This document shows, in pieces, positions 45,397-55,200 of a stretch of DNA of 64,000 nucleotides. Below the pieces are notes generated by a model. That model saw nothing but the letters and a program-made list of their open reading frames with translations. It did not search any database and was not told the origin of the DNA. Source of the DNA: a virus (taxonomy: Duplodnaviria; Caudoviricetes); the IMG/VR virus record IMGVR_UViG_3300015607_004593, positions 32,001 through 96,000 of that record. One strand, 5' to 3'. Within the stretch, counting starts at the first letter, position 1. Each line of letters begins with the position of its first letter. The translations under genes were made by a program, and so were the position numbers.

Positions 45397-47076
45397 TTAT
45401 GACCATTGAACAGTTGGAGTTACAAGGTAAAACGTTCCTGTAAAATAAGCGGATGATGACGAATAACTTCTTATGTACATATAAGTATTTCCATCTTTGA
45501 CAAATGATTTATCAAAAGAAGTAAACCACCACTGAGTTTGATTAATTGGCGCATAAAATCCGGGCATCCTACCCCTAACTGAAGTTGTTGGTTGAAATAC
45601 CCAAACATAATCTATATAAGTTCCATTATCAGAAGGGTTAGGAAATGTTGTAGTATTAAGATGCCCTGAAGCGGTTACGTTAGACAAAGACCATCTTGTG
45701 AAATTTGTTTGAGAACCTAGTTGATTATAACTTCTCATAATAAATGAACCAGCAACAACGTTATTATTAGTTGACCAAAATGAGTTATAAGAGATTGAAC
45801 AAAAGTATGTAGAAGATAAAGCCGATGATGTAGAACCTGAAATAGCACAATGATAAGCATCGCCGGGTTTTAATGAAATAATATCTCCAAAGAAATAAGA
45901 ATCAAAAGCCAAATGAGTTTGTAATGATTGAGTATTTCCTTGCCAATTAGGATTTGAACCTGTAAACCAAGATGATCCAAAATAAAATCTTTTTGAGTCT
46001 CCAATGATAAACCAAGGTCTTATAGCCGAAGATGATGTATCTGATTTTACCCAATAAACGTCTTGTCTGTTAATTAAACCCGTTGTGAAATCCGTATAAC
46101 CTTCTAACATTGAAACCGTCATATAATTAGCATTTGAATCATCTACTCTTAGAAACCACTGAGTAGATTCTACATCCGTAGATTTATAAATTGCTTGATT
46201 TGTTCCTGAAAAAGTTTTTGTCCAAGAGGTAGTCAAAGCTCCTGAAGATGCTTTTGCTCCAACAGGAGGATTTCTAAATGACATAGTTCCCGACGCAGGG
46301 GTTGTAGGAGTTCCAGAAACTTCAAAGGTTAAAGTTGTTGAAGTTGGAACAGAAGTAACAACATAAGCATCATTCCAAGTGGTATCATTTGTTACACCAT
46401 AAACTCCAATAATATCTCCAATAGCATATCCATGAGGTGATGCTGTCGTCATTGTTGCTGTTGTTGAAGCTCTTGTTAAAGACGAAATAGAAACATTTGT
46501 CAACGTCATTCCATTAACATGAGTAGATGAAGCAGGGGTTGTTTGAGATGAAACTGTGAAAGTTAAAGTATCTGTCGTTGTGCCGGTAACTACCCAAAAT
46601 CCATTCCAATTAGTATCGTTTGTTACTCCCCAAACATGAATTGTTGAACCATTTGCAATTCCATGAGATTGAGCAGTCAAAGTTGCCGTTGTTCCCGACC
46701 TTGTAATAGATGTTACATTCCTTGAAACAATTGGAGCAGTAAAAACCGCTGGGGTTGTTTGTGTTGTTACTGTAAACGTTAAAGTATCTGAAGTAGGCGT
46801 TGTAAGTACAGTATAAGCTCCATTCCACGTTGGGTTAGCGTCATTTGTGACGCCTGATATTAAAATTACATTTCCCGCAACAAAACCATGTGAAGAACAA
46901 GTTAAGGTTGCCGTTGTACCAGAACGAGTTAATGAAGTAATAATTTTTCCTGAAGATGGTGGAAATCCGCTTAGAAGTAAAGCATCAAAAAGCATAATTC
47001 CTGAATTTACAAGACCGGCTAAAGAAATAACTCTTGTTGAATTAGTTGAATTATAATTATAATTATAGATTGTCAT
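45397..47076 (-). CDS. tail-fibre-like protein with three ~75-aa Thr-rich beta repeats
   Basis: Three units of SLTRSGTTATLT...HG...G..I...GVTND..WNG.Y.V......TLTF.V; C-terminal WTKTFSGTNQAIYKS...FLRVDDS...RGRMPG. Confidence 0.75.
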   Translation of the reverse strand: MTIYNYNYNSTNSTRVISLAGLVNSGIMLFDALLLSGFPPSSGKIITSLTRSGTTATLTCSSHGFVAGNVILISGVTNDANPTWNGAYTVLTTPTSDTLTFTVTTQTTPAVFTAPIVSRNVTSITRSGTTATLTAQSHGIANGSTIHVWGVTNDTNWNGFWVVTGTTTDTLTFTVSSQTTPASSTHVNGMTLTNVSISSLTRASTTATMTTASPHGYAIGDIIGVYGVTNDTTWNDAYVVTSVPTSTTLTFEVSGTPTTPASGTMSFRNPPVGAKASSGALTTSWTKTFSGTNQAIYKSTDVESTQWFLRVDDSNANYMTVSMLEGYTDFTTGLINRQDVYWVKSDTSSSAIRPWFIIGDSKRFYFGSSWFTGSNPNWQGNTQSLQTHLAFDSYFFGDIISLKPGDAYHCAISGSTSSALSSTYFCSISYNSFWSTNNNVVAGSFIMRSYNQLGSQTNFTRWSLSNVTASGHLNTTTFPNPSDNGTYIDYVWVFQPTTSVRGRMPGFYAPINQTQWWFTSFDKSFVKDGNTYMYIRSYSSSSAYFTGTFYLVTPTVQWS

Positions 47077-47103
47077 TCTTTTCTTCTATCTAAAAGGATT
47101 GGT

Positions 47104-47808
47104 TTAAATTGAAATAGTATCTTTTAATGTTCTGTTTTGCCATGTTTTGATTTGAGAAGTAGAAATCCAAATAGAAAACATAGTAAATGTTTCAGAAAGA
47201 AAGAGAGTTGTAAAATTAGAATTATTGACAACAAATTGATCATCAATAATTTCAATTTTATATTTTGAAAGATTTTCAAAAAGAACAACATTAACAAGAG
47301 AAGAAGATTTCTTTTTCAAAACCCAACAAAAAAGAATTCCAGACCCTATTTCTAGGGAGGAATTTGTTTGAAAAATGCCTTGAGAATAAGAAAACCACTC
47401 AACAACGTTTTCACCAGAAACAAGAACTAAAGATGTTAATAACTCAGTATAATCAATTCCAACTTTTGAAACATACGATGACCCTTCTCTTAAAAAAACA
47501 GGGTCATTTTTTAACCATGATTTATCAGTTTCTACAGGAAGAGAACCTAACGAAAATGAAAATGAATTTGAAGTATTGTATGTTATACCTTCACACTTTA
47601 TCATTTCATTAAAAACTTTTAGATAATAAATGTTGTCTGTAACTGAATCTAAAACTGATTTTATTAACTCAAAAGTATACTTGTAAACTCCAGATGAAAT
47701 TATAGAAGAAGAATCAGGAGTTATATGATTCAAAGATGAATCATAAAGGTCTATCGTAGAAACTGAGCTTGGAGATATTATTTCTCCAACAAGGATTAAA
47801 TTTTTCAA
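47104..47808 (-). CDS. hypothetical protein, probably tail-associated
   Basis: 234-aa ORF upstream of the fibre genes. Confidence 0.6.
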   Translation of the reverse strand: MKNLILVGEIISPSSVSTIDLYDSSLNHITPDSSSIISSGVYKYTFELIKSVLDSVTDNIYYLKVFNEMIKCEGITYNTSNSFSFSLGSLPVETDKSWLKNDPVFLREGSSYVSKVGIDYTELLTSLVLVSGENVVEWFSYSQGIFQTNSSLEIGSGILFCWVLKKKSSSLVNVVLFENLSKYKIEIIDDQFVVNNSNFTTLFLSETFTMFSIWISTSQIKTWQNRTLKDTISI

Positions 47809-47838
47809 GAAATTTTAGAATTCCTTTTCTTTTTATTA

Positions 47839-49278
47839 TTATTGTTGATAAAGATTTTCTGAACACATAAAAGGAAGTTTTGAAAAAAGAAATATTTTAC
47901 TTTTTCTTGTGAAAGGTCTTAATCTTCCTATAACTTGTACTAAAGATGATCTTATTTGATCAAGATGTTGTTGTGTTAGCCACGGATGTTGAAATGTCCG
48001 ATATTTAATTTTTATACCTTCTACATCAATATCTTTTTCAATCATCAAAAAATCATCTTTTCTAAAAGAAATTTTATTATTCAAAATACATTGATCATAG
48101 AAAAATGAAAGAGGAAACATTGGAGTTCCTATTACAGCCAATGAATCTTTTTCTGCATATTTATTAGTTCCCTCTGAATTTCCAAAATAAACATCAGAAA
48201 CTTGATTTCTAAAATATACATCCTTATAAGAAATAGAAATTTCAATGTTATTCATCTTTATAATATTATTTATTTCTTTTTGTCTTTCTTTTGAAGAAAG
48301 AGATACCTTTGATGTAGAAATTGGTATATGAATGATAGAAGATAATAGTTTAGGAATAGGGGATGAAAGTATTTTAAATTTATGTAGTTTGAATAATTCT
48401 TTGTTAGGAGTTGCAGAAAAACAAATGATTTTTTTATTCTCAGGAAATTCATTTCTTGAGAATGTTGATATTGTTAAAGAAAGATAATTGCAAATAAAAG
48501 TATCAGATTGAAGAATTGAAATTGTGTTTGTAAATATTTTTGTGAATGATTGATTGTCTTTAAATTGTTTTAAGATTAATCTTTGTTCATTTGAAAGATT
48601 ATTCAAAATTCTTTTAAAAATAATTCCATCTTCAGAATGAAGAAAAGGATTACATCGTTTAATTTTCTTTTCTAAATCTTCTAATGCTTTTATGATTTCA
48701 TCTTTTTGTTCAAACATATTCCCTTGAAGAATAAAAATTAATTCTGATATAGAAAAAATAGATTCAGAAACGATTTGTCCAAATAGTTTTGAAGGAACTT
48801 CATCAAAGATGATAAGACTTTGATGAATAAATCTATGTGAAGCACAAAGAAAAGCATCATGGGTTGTAACAATATTCTCATGAAAATTTATAGAATTCTC
48901 AAGAGAAGAATAAAAATCAGGAAATTTATTTTTAATCTTTGAAAAAAACAATGAAGGGTTTTCTTTGAAATCATTTTTTATTTTTTGTAAAAAAGAAGAA
49001 AGAGAAGAAGGTGGTCTAGGGGTTGAAAAGAAAAGACTTTTGTTTTTGACTGAAGATAAAAATTCTTCTTTTAAATCATGTGTAGGAAAACAGATTACAG
49101 CTTTCTCATGAGTAAAAGAACAAAGATGTCTTAGGCATTCTGTTTTTCCTAAACCGACTACTCCATCTAAAAGAAATTTATTAGATTTAGTTGAAGAAAG
49201 AGCTTTCCTAAAATTAGAAGAGAAAATTTCTCTAGTTTCTTCTAAAGAAGAATAATTTAAAGGTTGTTGTGTTTGCAT
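47839..49278 (-). CDS. SF2-like helicase-domain protein
   Basis: GVVGLGKT (I), FPTHDL (Ia), IIFDEVP (II), FSATP (III), QVIGRLR (VI). Confidence 0.78.
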   Translation of the reverse strand: MQTQQPLNYSSLEETREIFSSNFRKALSSTKSNKFLLDGVVGLGKTECLRHLCSFTHEKAVICFPTHDLKEEFLSSVKNKSLFFSTPRPPSSLSSFLQKIKNDFKENPSLFFSKIKNKFPDFYSSLENSINFHENIVTTHDAFLCASHRFIHQSLIIFDEVPSKLFGQIVSESIFSISELIFILQGNMFEQKDEIIKALEDLEKKIKRCNPFLHSEDGIIFKRILNNLSNEQRLILKQFKDNQSFTKIFTNTISILQSDTFICNYLSLTISTFSRNEFPENKKIICFSATPNKELFKLHKFKILSSPIPKLLSSIIHIPISTSKVSLSSKERQKEINNIIKMNNIEISISYKDVYFRNQVSDVYFGNSEGTNKYAEKDSLAVIGTPMFPLSFFYDQCILNNKISFRKDDFLMIEKDIDVEGIKIKYRTFQHPWLTQQHLDQIRSSLVQVIGRLRPFTRKSKIFLFSKLPFMCSENLYQQ

Positions 49279-49351
49279 AAATTTTCATTTTTAAATATAA
49301 GAAAGAGATAAAAATTTTTTAATTTTATAAAAAGGAAAATAAAATAAATTT

Positions 49352-49837
49352 ATGAATTATATCATTTCAACATTAGAAAATTTTTCATTACAAGACATTA
49401 TAACGCTTTTAAAATTAAATTCTAATCTTTTATATGAAATTGATACTCAAAAATTTCCTAATGATTCTATCTACTATAGAAAGTATCTAAAAGAAATATT
49501 TCCAAAGAAACAGAATGATGTTTTGAATGTAGTAGATACTTTCCAAGATGAACTTTATTCAAATAATTTATCTGATACTTTTTTTGATTATATCCTTTCA
49601 TTTTCATATTTCAGAGTAAACGATAAACTTTTCAAATTACCTGAAAATAGAAATGAAATATCAAAGGATATATTTTATTCGGAATGTCTTGAATATTTCA
49701 CATGCCAAGAAGTTTCATCTTTTGATGATTCTATTCAATATACAACAGACGTTATTGTTTTCAGAAATCCAAAAGTTGCAGTTTTTTCAATCCTAGAATT
49801 AGAAAAAGAATTAAAAATGAAGAGAGTTAAAAAATGA
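49352..49837 (+). CDS. hypothetical protein
   Basis: 161-aa ORF. Confidence 0.6.
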   Translation: MNYIISTLENFSLQDIITLLKLNSNLLYEIDTQKFPNDSIYYRKYLKEIFPKKQNDVLNVVDTFQDELYSNNLSDTFFDYILSFSYFRVNDKLFKLPENRNEISKDIFYSECLEYFTCQEVSSFDDSIQYTTDVIVFRNPKVAVFSILELEKELKMKRVKK

Positions 49838-50358
49838 ATAATTTTATCTCTTCTTTTCAAGAATTCTTAAAACCACAAATTATTTCTTTGTCTGAATTGA
49901 AAGTCTTTCCTGATGTCATTTATATCAGGAAAGACCAAAGGAATGAAGGGAAAAAATTCTTTTTCTTTTTGAAAGACGGAATTCTTCATTTAAAATCATT
50001 TCAAGATGGAAATGAAATTTCCATTTCAAAGAATCTAAAAAATGTATTTTTTCAAATGTTTGAAAATCATTTGTCGCTCTTCGGCAAAGAAATCCTTTTT
50101 GAGATTACTATCTTAAATTCAGATATATTTTCTTTTGAAGATGTTTTTACTTCTTTTTCACATCCAATCAATACAGCAAGAAAAAGATTTGCTTTTTTAC
50201 AAAAACTTTTTAGAGAAACACAAATAAATTCTCTTTTTAATTTTAACCTACCATTTCTAAAATCTCCACATGAAATTATAGAAAAAGAACAATATAAAGG
50301 ATTTGATCTTTTTCCTTTTACATCTTCTACTCCCTTGAGAGTAGAAACCACCAACTAA
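49834..50358 (+). CDS. hypothetical protein
   Basis: 174-aa ORF, 4-nt overlap with upstream gene. Confidence 0.6.
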   Translation: MNNFISSFQEFLKPQIISLSELKVFPDVIYIRKDQRNEGKKFFFFLKDGILHLKSFQDGNEISISKNLKNVFFQMFENHLSLFGKEILFEITILNSDIFSFEDVFTSFSHPINTARKRFAFLQKLFRETQINSLFNFNLPFLKSPHEIIEKEQYKGFDLFPFTSSTPLRVETTN

Positions 50359-50394
50359 AAGAACAACTTAAGAATTTAAGGATAAATTTTTAAA

Positions 50395-50628
50395 ATGTTA
50401 ATATCTACTATGAATAGAAAAAGAAGAGATAGAATTAATCAATGGACTCCTCAAACTATTACTTCTAATAATGGTCATTTTTTTATGTATGACAAAGAAA
50501 AAACATTCAAAGATGAATATGCTCAAACAAGACCTGATGAAAATGATTCTATTTCATTAGTAGAAAATATTTCAGGAAGGCATCAAGTCTCAACAAATGT
50601 CGTTAGAAAAATACTTTCTTCACCTTAA
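50395..50628 (+). CDS. hypothetical protein
   Basis: 77-aa ORF, AAGGA RBS. Confidence 0.55.
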   Translation: MLISTMNRKRRDRINQWTPQTITSNNGHFFMYDKEKTFKDEYAQTRPDENDSISLVENISGRHQVSTNVVRKILSSP

Positions 50629-50707
50629 ATGATAAAAACGCTAAATAAAACAAATAAAAATTATTTTGGATAAATCTAAAAAACGATAAAATAAGGAAAA
50701 TAAAACA

Positions 50708-51355
50708 ATGGCTGTTACAAAATCTTTTAAGGTTGGAACTACTTCTGTTTCCGGTAATACAACCTCTTCTTTCGATTACACGGTACTTGATACAGATGTT
50801 TTTACATTTTCAAGACGTTGGGATGTTATTGAAGGCGTTCTTTTAAACGAATGGGCACCCAATCTCCTTATTACCGATGCTACAATGACAACTATTAATA
50901 AAGCATCTAAGTCTACCGTCTATGTAGATGCTACTCATGTAGGATTGACAAATGGTGCAGATGGGACTGTTAATTCTGTCGTTTTGAATGATACCAATGT
51001 TCAGACAACAGATTGTGTTGTTCAATTCAATTGGACTGATTCATCAGTTACTACAGCCCTTTCACAAGGAAGATTTTATGCTTATGATAAAGTTAATGTC
51101 AATAACGCACCAGCAAATACAACAGTAGTCGCGTTTGAACGCGCCGCATCTACTTTGAGAAAGAATCGAGTTGGTGGTGACGTTTCTGGAAATGCTTGGA
51201 ACGCTTCGTATGGAGTAGGCGGACGTGCAAATGCTTTATCATTGGCTGACCAAGCCACAGGCTCGGTTCATACCTATTATCTAGGCTTCTCGGCTCGCCC
51301 GAATTCATACGGTTCAAGTCAATTCGGATTAATTTGTGAATTTGATGTTTCTTAA
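50708..51355 (+). CDS. virion structural protein (Thr/Val/Ser-rich, beta-type)
   Basis: CTAAATA at 50641, TAAGGA RBS, composition typical of phage structural proteins, terminator follows. Confidence 0.7.
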   Translation: MAVTKSFKVGTTSVSGNTTSSFDYTVLDTDVFTFSRRWDVIEGVLLNEWAPNLLITDATMTTINKASKSTVYVDATHVGLTNGADGTVNSVVLNDTNVQTTDCVVQFNWTDSSVTTALSQGRFYAYDKVNVNNAPANTTVVAFERAASTLRKNRVGGDVSGNAWNASYGVGGRANALSLADQATGSVHTYYLGFSARPNSYGSSQFGLICEFDVS

Positions 51356-51381
51356 TCCTGATTCTAAAGAGATAGTCTAAT

Positions 51382-51411
51382 AAAAAACCCTCAAAGAAAT
51401 TTGAGGGTTTT
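51382..51411. terminator. bidirectional intrinsic terminator
   Basis: aaaaccctcaaa-gaaa-tttgagggtttt between convergent genes. Confidence 0.8.
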
Positions 51412-51415
51412 ATCT

Positions 51416-53242
51416 TTAGTATTTTATAAAAACTTTGTTTCCGCAATCCCAAACCCTATCAAAACCATGTTCAATCAAATTTTCCCATGCGCTCTTACTT
51501 TCAATAAAATTCTCTAATATATTTTTTAATTTGTGTTTTTGAAAAACAATCCTAGACTTTAATTGAAGATTGTTTGAAGAAGAAGAATTTCTTTGAAAAT
51601 AATAACTATTTGGTGGAGAATCTTTTTCTTCTTTCATTCCAAGTTGATTTTTATACAAAGAACCTGAAGAAAATCTTTTATCTGCATAAGAAATAATACT
51701 TCCTTTTGGTCTTTTTGAAAACAATTTAGATGCTCCACCGACAACAGAAACACCTTTTTTATTACAAAATCTAAGTAATTCCCAATCTATGTTTTTTCTA
51801 TACCTAGATTGTATAAATGTCATAAGACAAACTAATTCTTCTTCATAATAAAGTCCAAAACAACATTGAGAAGGTGTGTATCCTTGCAAATGATTTTCAT
51901 CTAAAAACTTCTTTTCTTCTTCAGAAGAAGAAATTTCTTTTAAGATAGTTTTTCTTGCACTAATTTTAATACTCTTCTTTAAATGATTTTTAATGATAGA
52001 TGATACAATCTCAAGTTTATTAAGAATTTCTATATCCCAAAAATGTAAAAGTTTTATTCCCTTATTTTCACATCTTTTCAATTTATCTAAATGATAATTT
52101 TTATCTTTTCCTGATAATTCTGAGTGCCAAAAAATTCCATTGATTTCTATAGCTAAATTTAAATGAGGAATAAAAATATCTAATTCTAAGGGGTTGATGA
52201 TAGTTCTATCATTAATTAAAAAGGAAACATCTAAAGATTTTAATATATCAATAACAATTTGATGAGGAGTAGATATAGTACCTAATCCAACTAAATCAGG
52301 TCTAAATTTTTTAGTGTAGATGTTGATTGTAGAAGATACCATAAAAGGTAAAAGTTTAAGTTTCACTTCAGACACTTCAGTAAAATCTTTCCACCAATCA
52401 AATTCAGAAATAGTTGTCAAAATTTCCTTCAAATGTCTTTGAGACGTAGAAGAAACCCCATACTTTTCAAAGTTTGTTTTTCTTATTTTTTCTTTTACTT
52501 CTTCAGATTGGAAAGTATATTCAACTCCATATCTTTCAAGATTTGTTTTTCTTGTATTTTCTTTTATTTCTTCTGACTTAGAAACATTTTCAACCCCATA
52601 TCTTTCAAGATTTGTCTTTCTTATTTTTTCTTTTACCTCTTCAGATTGGAAAGTATATTCAACTCCATATCTTTCAAGATTTGTTTTCTTTCCTTTATTT
52701 CTGACTTCTTCAGATTGAAGAACACATTCAACCCCATACTTTTCAAAGTTTGTTTTTCTTATTTTTTCCTTTATTTGTTCTGACTTAGAAACATTTTCAA
52801 CCCCATACCTTTCAAGATTTGTTTTCTTTCCTTTATTTCTAACTTCTTCAGATTGAAGAGAAAATTCAACCCCTCTTTTCTTTAAATTTGTTGCCTTTTG
52901 CTTTTCCATTACCTCTTTAGATTGTGTAGGAAATTCAACCCCTCTTTTCCTTAGATTTGTTTCTTTTTGTTTCTTTAAAAACTCAGGGGTCTTTGAATGA
53001 TATTCAACCCCATATTTTTCTAATTGTGTTCTTTTTGATTTTTCTTTTTTAGATTCTAGTTTTGCAGGATTTTCTACTCCAAATCTTTTTAAGTTTGTTT
53101 GTTTTCTTTTTTCATTTGCAATGAAAATAAGTTTAGGATTTCTTTTCAAACAATTATTTGAACAGAAAAAACTCTTTAAAATATTAGAGAATATACCTTT
53201 TCCATCAATTTCTGAATTACAAGTTTTACATACTACAGGCAT
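51416..53242 (-). CDS. Hef-like free-standing homing endonuclease with N-terminal Zn finger and KxTNLERYGVE repeats
   Basis: CxxC...FCS..C; about ten 23-aa repeats; ELDIFIPHLNLAIEINGIFWHS (PD-(D/E)xK/Vsr-like); FLDENHLQG, ELLRFC, VVGGASKL, ISYADKR, WDCG. Confidence 0.85.
   Translation of the reverse strand: MPVVCKTCNSEIDGKGIFSNILKSFFCSNNCLKRNPKLIFIANEKRKQTNLKRFGVENPAKLESKKEKSKRTQLEKYGVEYHSKTPEFLKKQKETNLRKRGVEFPTQSKEVMEKQKATNLKKRGVEFSLQSEEVRNKGKKTNLERYGVENVSKSEQIKEKIRKTNFEKYGVECVLQSEEVRNKGKKTNLERYGVEYTFQSEEVKEKIRKTNLERYGVENVSKSEEIKENTRKTNLERYGVEYTFQSEEVKEKIRKTNFEKYGVSSTSQRHLKEILTTISEFDWWKDFTEVSEVKLKLLPFMVSSTINIYTKKFRPDLVGLGTISTPHQIVIDILKSLDVSFLINDRTIINPLELDIFIPHLNLAIEINGIFWHSELSGKDKNYHLDKLKRCENKGIKLLHFWDIEILNKLEIVSSIIKNHLKKSIKISARKTILKEISSSEEEKKFLDENHLQGYTPSQCCFGLYYEEELVCLMTFIQSRYRKNIDWELLRFCNKKGVSVVGGASKLFSKRPKGSIISYADKRFSSGSLYKNQLGMKEEKDSPPNSYYFQRNSSSSNNLQLKSRIVFQKHKLKNILENFIESKSAWENLIEHGFDRVWDCGNKVFIKY
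52457..53110. repeat. 69-bp period tandem repeat array inside the endonuclease gene
   Basis: Recurring tcaaccccatatctttcaagatttgtttt-like units at 69-nt spacing, some units near-identical. Confidence 0.85.
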
Positions 53243-53318
53243 TTATTCCTCTCTTATTTTTAATTTATTTCTAAATAATCTTATTATAATTTGAACCAAA
53301 ATAAAATTTTATTTTAAA

Positions 53319-54263
53319 ATGAAAACATTACAAGAATTTATTACAGAATCTAAAAAAAGTACAACTGATTTTAAAATGTACAATTACGTTGTTAGAATTC
53401 TTCATACAAAAAGTTATATCATGCGTTTGTTATCTACCAATAACAAATATGATTATTTTTTAGAAATAGTTAAAGACTCTATAAAGCGTTTCTATCCTAA
53501 ATTGAGATTGATTTCAGATGAAGAAAATACATCTTTAGCAAAGAAGAAATACAGTGAATCTATCGAACTCATTAGAACAGATTACCTTAAACCTATAGAC
53601 AAAGCTAAATTTATCACTACCCTTCCTATGACAAAGGAAGGAACTTATTGTATAGGTTATAAAGGAGATAGCATAGCAAACAAACGTTTTTGTTTTCAGC
53701 ATCCAAATATCAAAACAAGAAACGATGATGGGTCAGTTAATGAAGATGCTTATAATTTAAATTATAGAATTTATCCAGAAGTTGTTGAGAATTTAGAACG
53801 TATGTGTTTTTCTTATTTTTGGTGTAAAGATAAATCATTTAAACCAATAATTCAAACTAAAGAAGAAGATATTTTTGACATATGTTATAAGAGCATAATT
53901 TTAAATGAATTGAACCTTAGTAAAAGTTTTAATTTTGTATCTCTGGATGTAATTGAATATTTCTTTCCTTCACTAAGGAAAGCTAGAATTATTTCTATTC
54001 CTGATTCAATATTTGAAGATGGTAAAAAACTTAAATTAACTGCTTTAAATGATAGATTTTATTTTGAATTTCCATCTTTTTTTTATGCTTATAAATTTCA
54101 AAAGAAAATAAATTTGAATAATAAAGATAAGGAAATTGTTTCTGATTATCTAACAAATTATTTTAAAGATATTTTTGAAAAGGATGGTTTTACTTTTAAA
54201 TACAAAGAGACAGAATTCAACATGAGAGAAAATGTAATTTATGTTACATGGGAGATAAGTTAA
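53319..54263 (+). CDS. putative internal head protein, paralog 1 of 3
   Basis: MKTLQEFITE N-terminus; shares LHTKSY, KRFYP, ISDEENT, FQHPNIKTRN.DGSVNEDAYNLN with next two ORFs; CTAAATA at 53271. Confidence 0.8.
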   Translation: MKTLQEFITESKKSTTDFKMYNYVVRILHTKSYIMRLLSTNNKYDYFLEIVKDSIKRFYPKLRLISDEENTSLAKKKYSESIELIRTDYLKPIDKAKFITTLPMTKEGTYCIGYKGDSIANKRFCFQHPNIKTRNDDGSVNEDAYNLNYRIYPEVVENLERMCFSYFWCKDKSFKPIIQTKEEDIFDICYKSIILNELNLSKSFNFVSLDVIEYFFPSLRKARIISIPDSIFEDGKKLKLTALNDRFYFEFPSFFYAYKFQKKINLNNKDKEIVSDYLTNYFKDIFEKDGFTFKYKETEFNMRENVIYVTWEIS

Positions 54264-54265
54264 AA

Positions 54266-55198
54266 ATGAAAAATTTAAAAGAATTTCTTTTAGAAGCTAA
54301 AAAATCTAATTTGGAAATGTTTAAGTATGCAGTAAGAAAGCTTCATACAAAAAGTTATTTTATACCAATGATGAATTCAAAGGATAGATTTGAAATATTT
54401 TTAGAATTAGCTAAAGAGTGTATGAAGCGTTTCTATCCTAATCTAAAACTTATTTCAGACGAAGAAAATACAGCTTTAGCAAAAAAAGCATACAATGAAT
54501 CTACTGAACAAATTAGAAAAGATTATCTTAGACCTTTAAACCAAAATAATTTTATCACTACCTTTCCTATGACAAAGGAAGGAACTTACTCGTTAGGATT
54601 TATTAACAATAATGTTTTTAGATATTTTTGTTTTCAGCATCCAAATATCAAAACAAGAAATCCTGATGGGTCAGTTAATGAAGATGCTTATAATTTAAAT
54701 TTTAAAGTCTATCCTGAAGTTGCTGAGAATTTAGAACGAATTTTCATTTCTTTCTTTTACTTTCGGGATAACGCATTAAAAAAATCAGAACAGATTATAG
54801 AAGAAGATATTTTTGATAAATGTTATCAATTCCAAACCGTATTACCAATATATGCATTGATTCCATTTAATTATTCTGCTGTTCTTTACTTCTTTCCTTT
54901 TATTAAGGATGCCGACTCAATTATTATTCCTGATAAGATAAATTCTTATAATATTATTAAAAATTTTAAATTAGGTTTATTTTTTAAAACTTTTTATCTT
55001 AATTCATATCTTCATTTATTTTATAGATATAAGATAAATATAAGATTGGATGAGAATAATGAAACTATTATTTCTGAACATTTACAGGAACACTTAAAGA
55101 ATCTCTTTGAAAAAAATGGTTTTAAATTTGAGTTTAAAGAAATTCATTTTAATCTAAAAGACAAAAGTGTTCAACTCTCAGCAAAGATAGATATTTAA
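54266..55198 (+). CDS. putative internal head protein, paralog 2 of 3
   Basis: Start moved to ATG 54266 by identity with paralog 3 (MKNLKEFLLEAKK). Confidence 0.8.
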   Translation: MKNLKEFLLEAKKSNLEMFKYAVRKLHTKSYFIPMMNSKDRFEIFLELAKECMKRFYPNLKLISDEENTALAKKAYNESTEQIRKDYLRPLNQNNFITTFPMTKEGTYSLGFINNNVFRYFCFQHPNIKTRNPDGSVNEDAYNLNFKVYPEVAENLERIFISFFYFRDNALKKSEQIIEEDIFDKCYQFQTVLPIYALIPFNYSAVLYFFPFIKDADSIIIPDKINSYNIIKNFKLGLFFKTFYLNSYLHLFYRYKINIRLDENNETIISEHLQEHLKNLFEKNGFKFEFKEIHFNLKDKSVQLSAKIDI

Positions 55199-55200
55199 AA

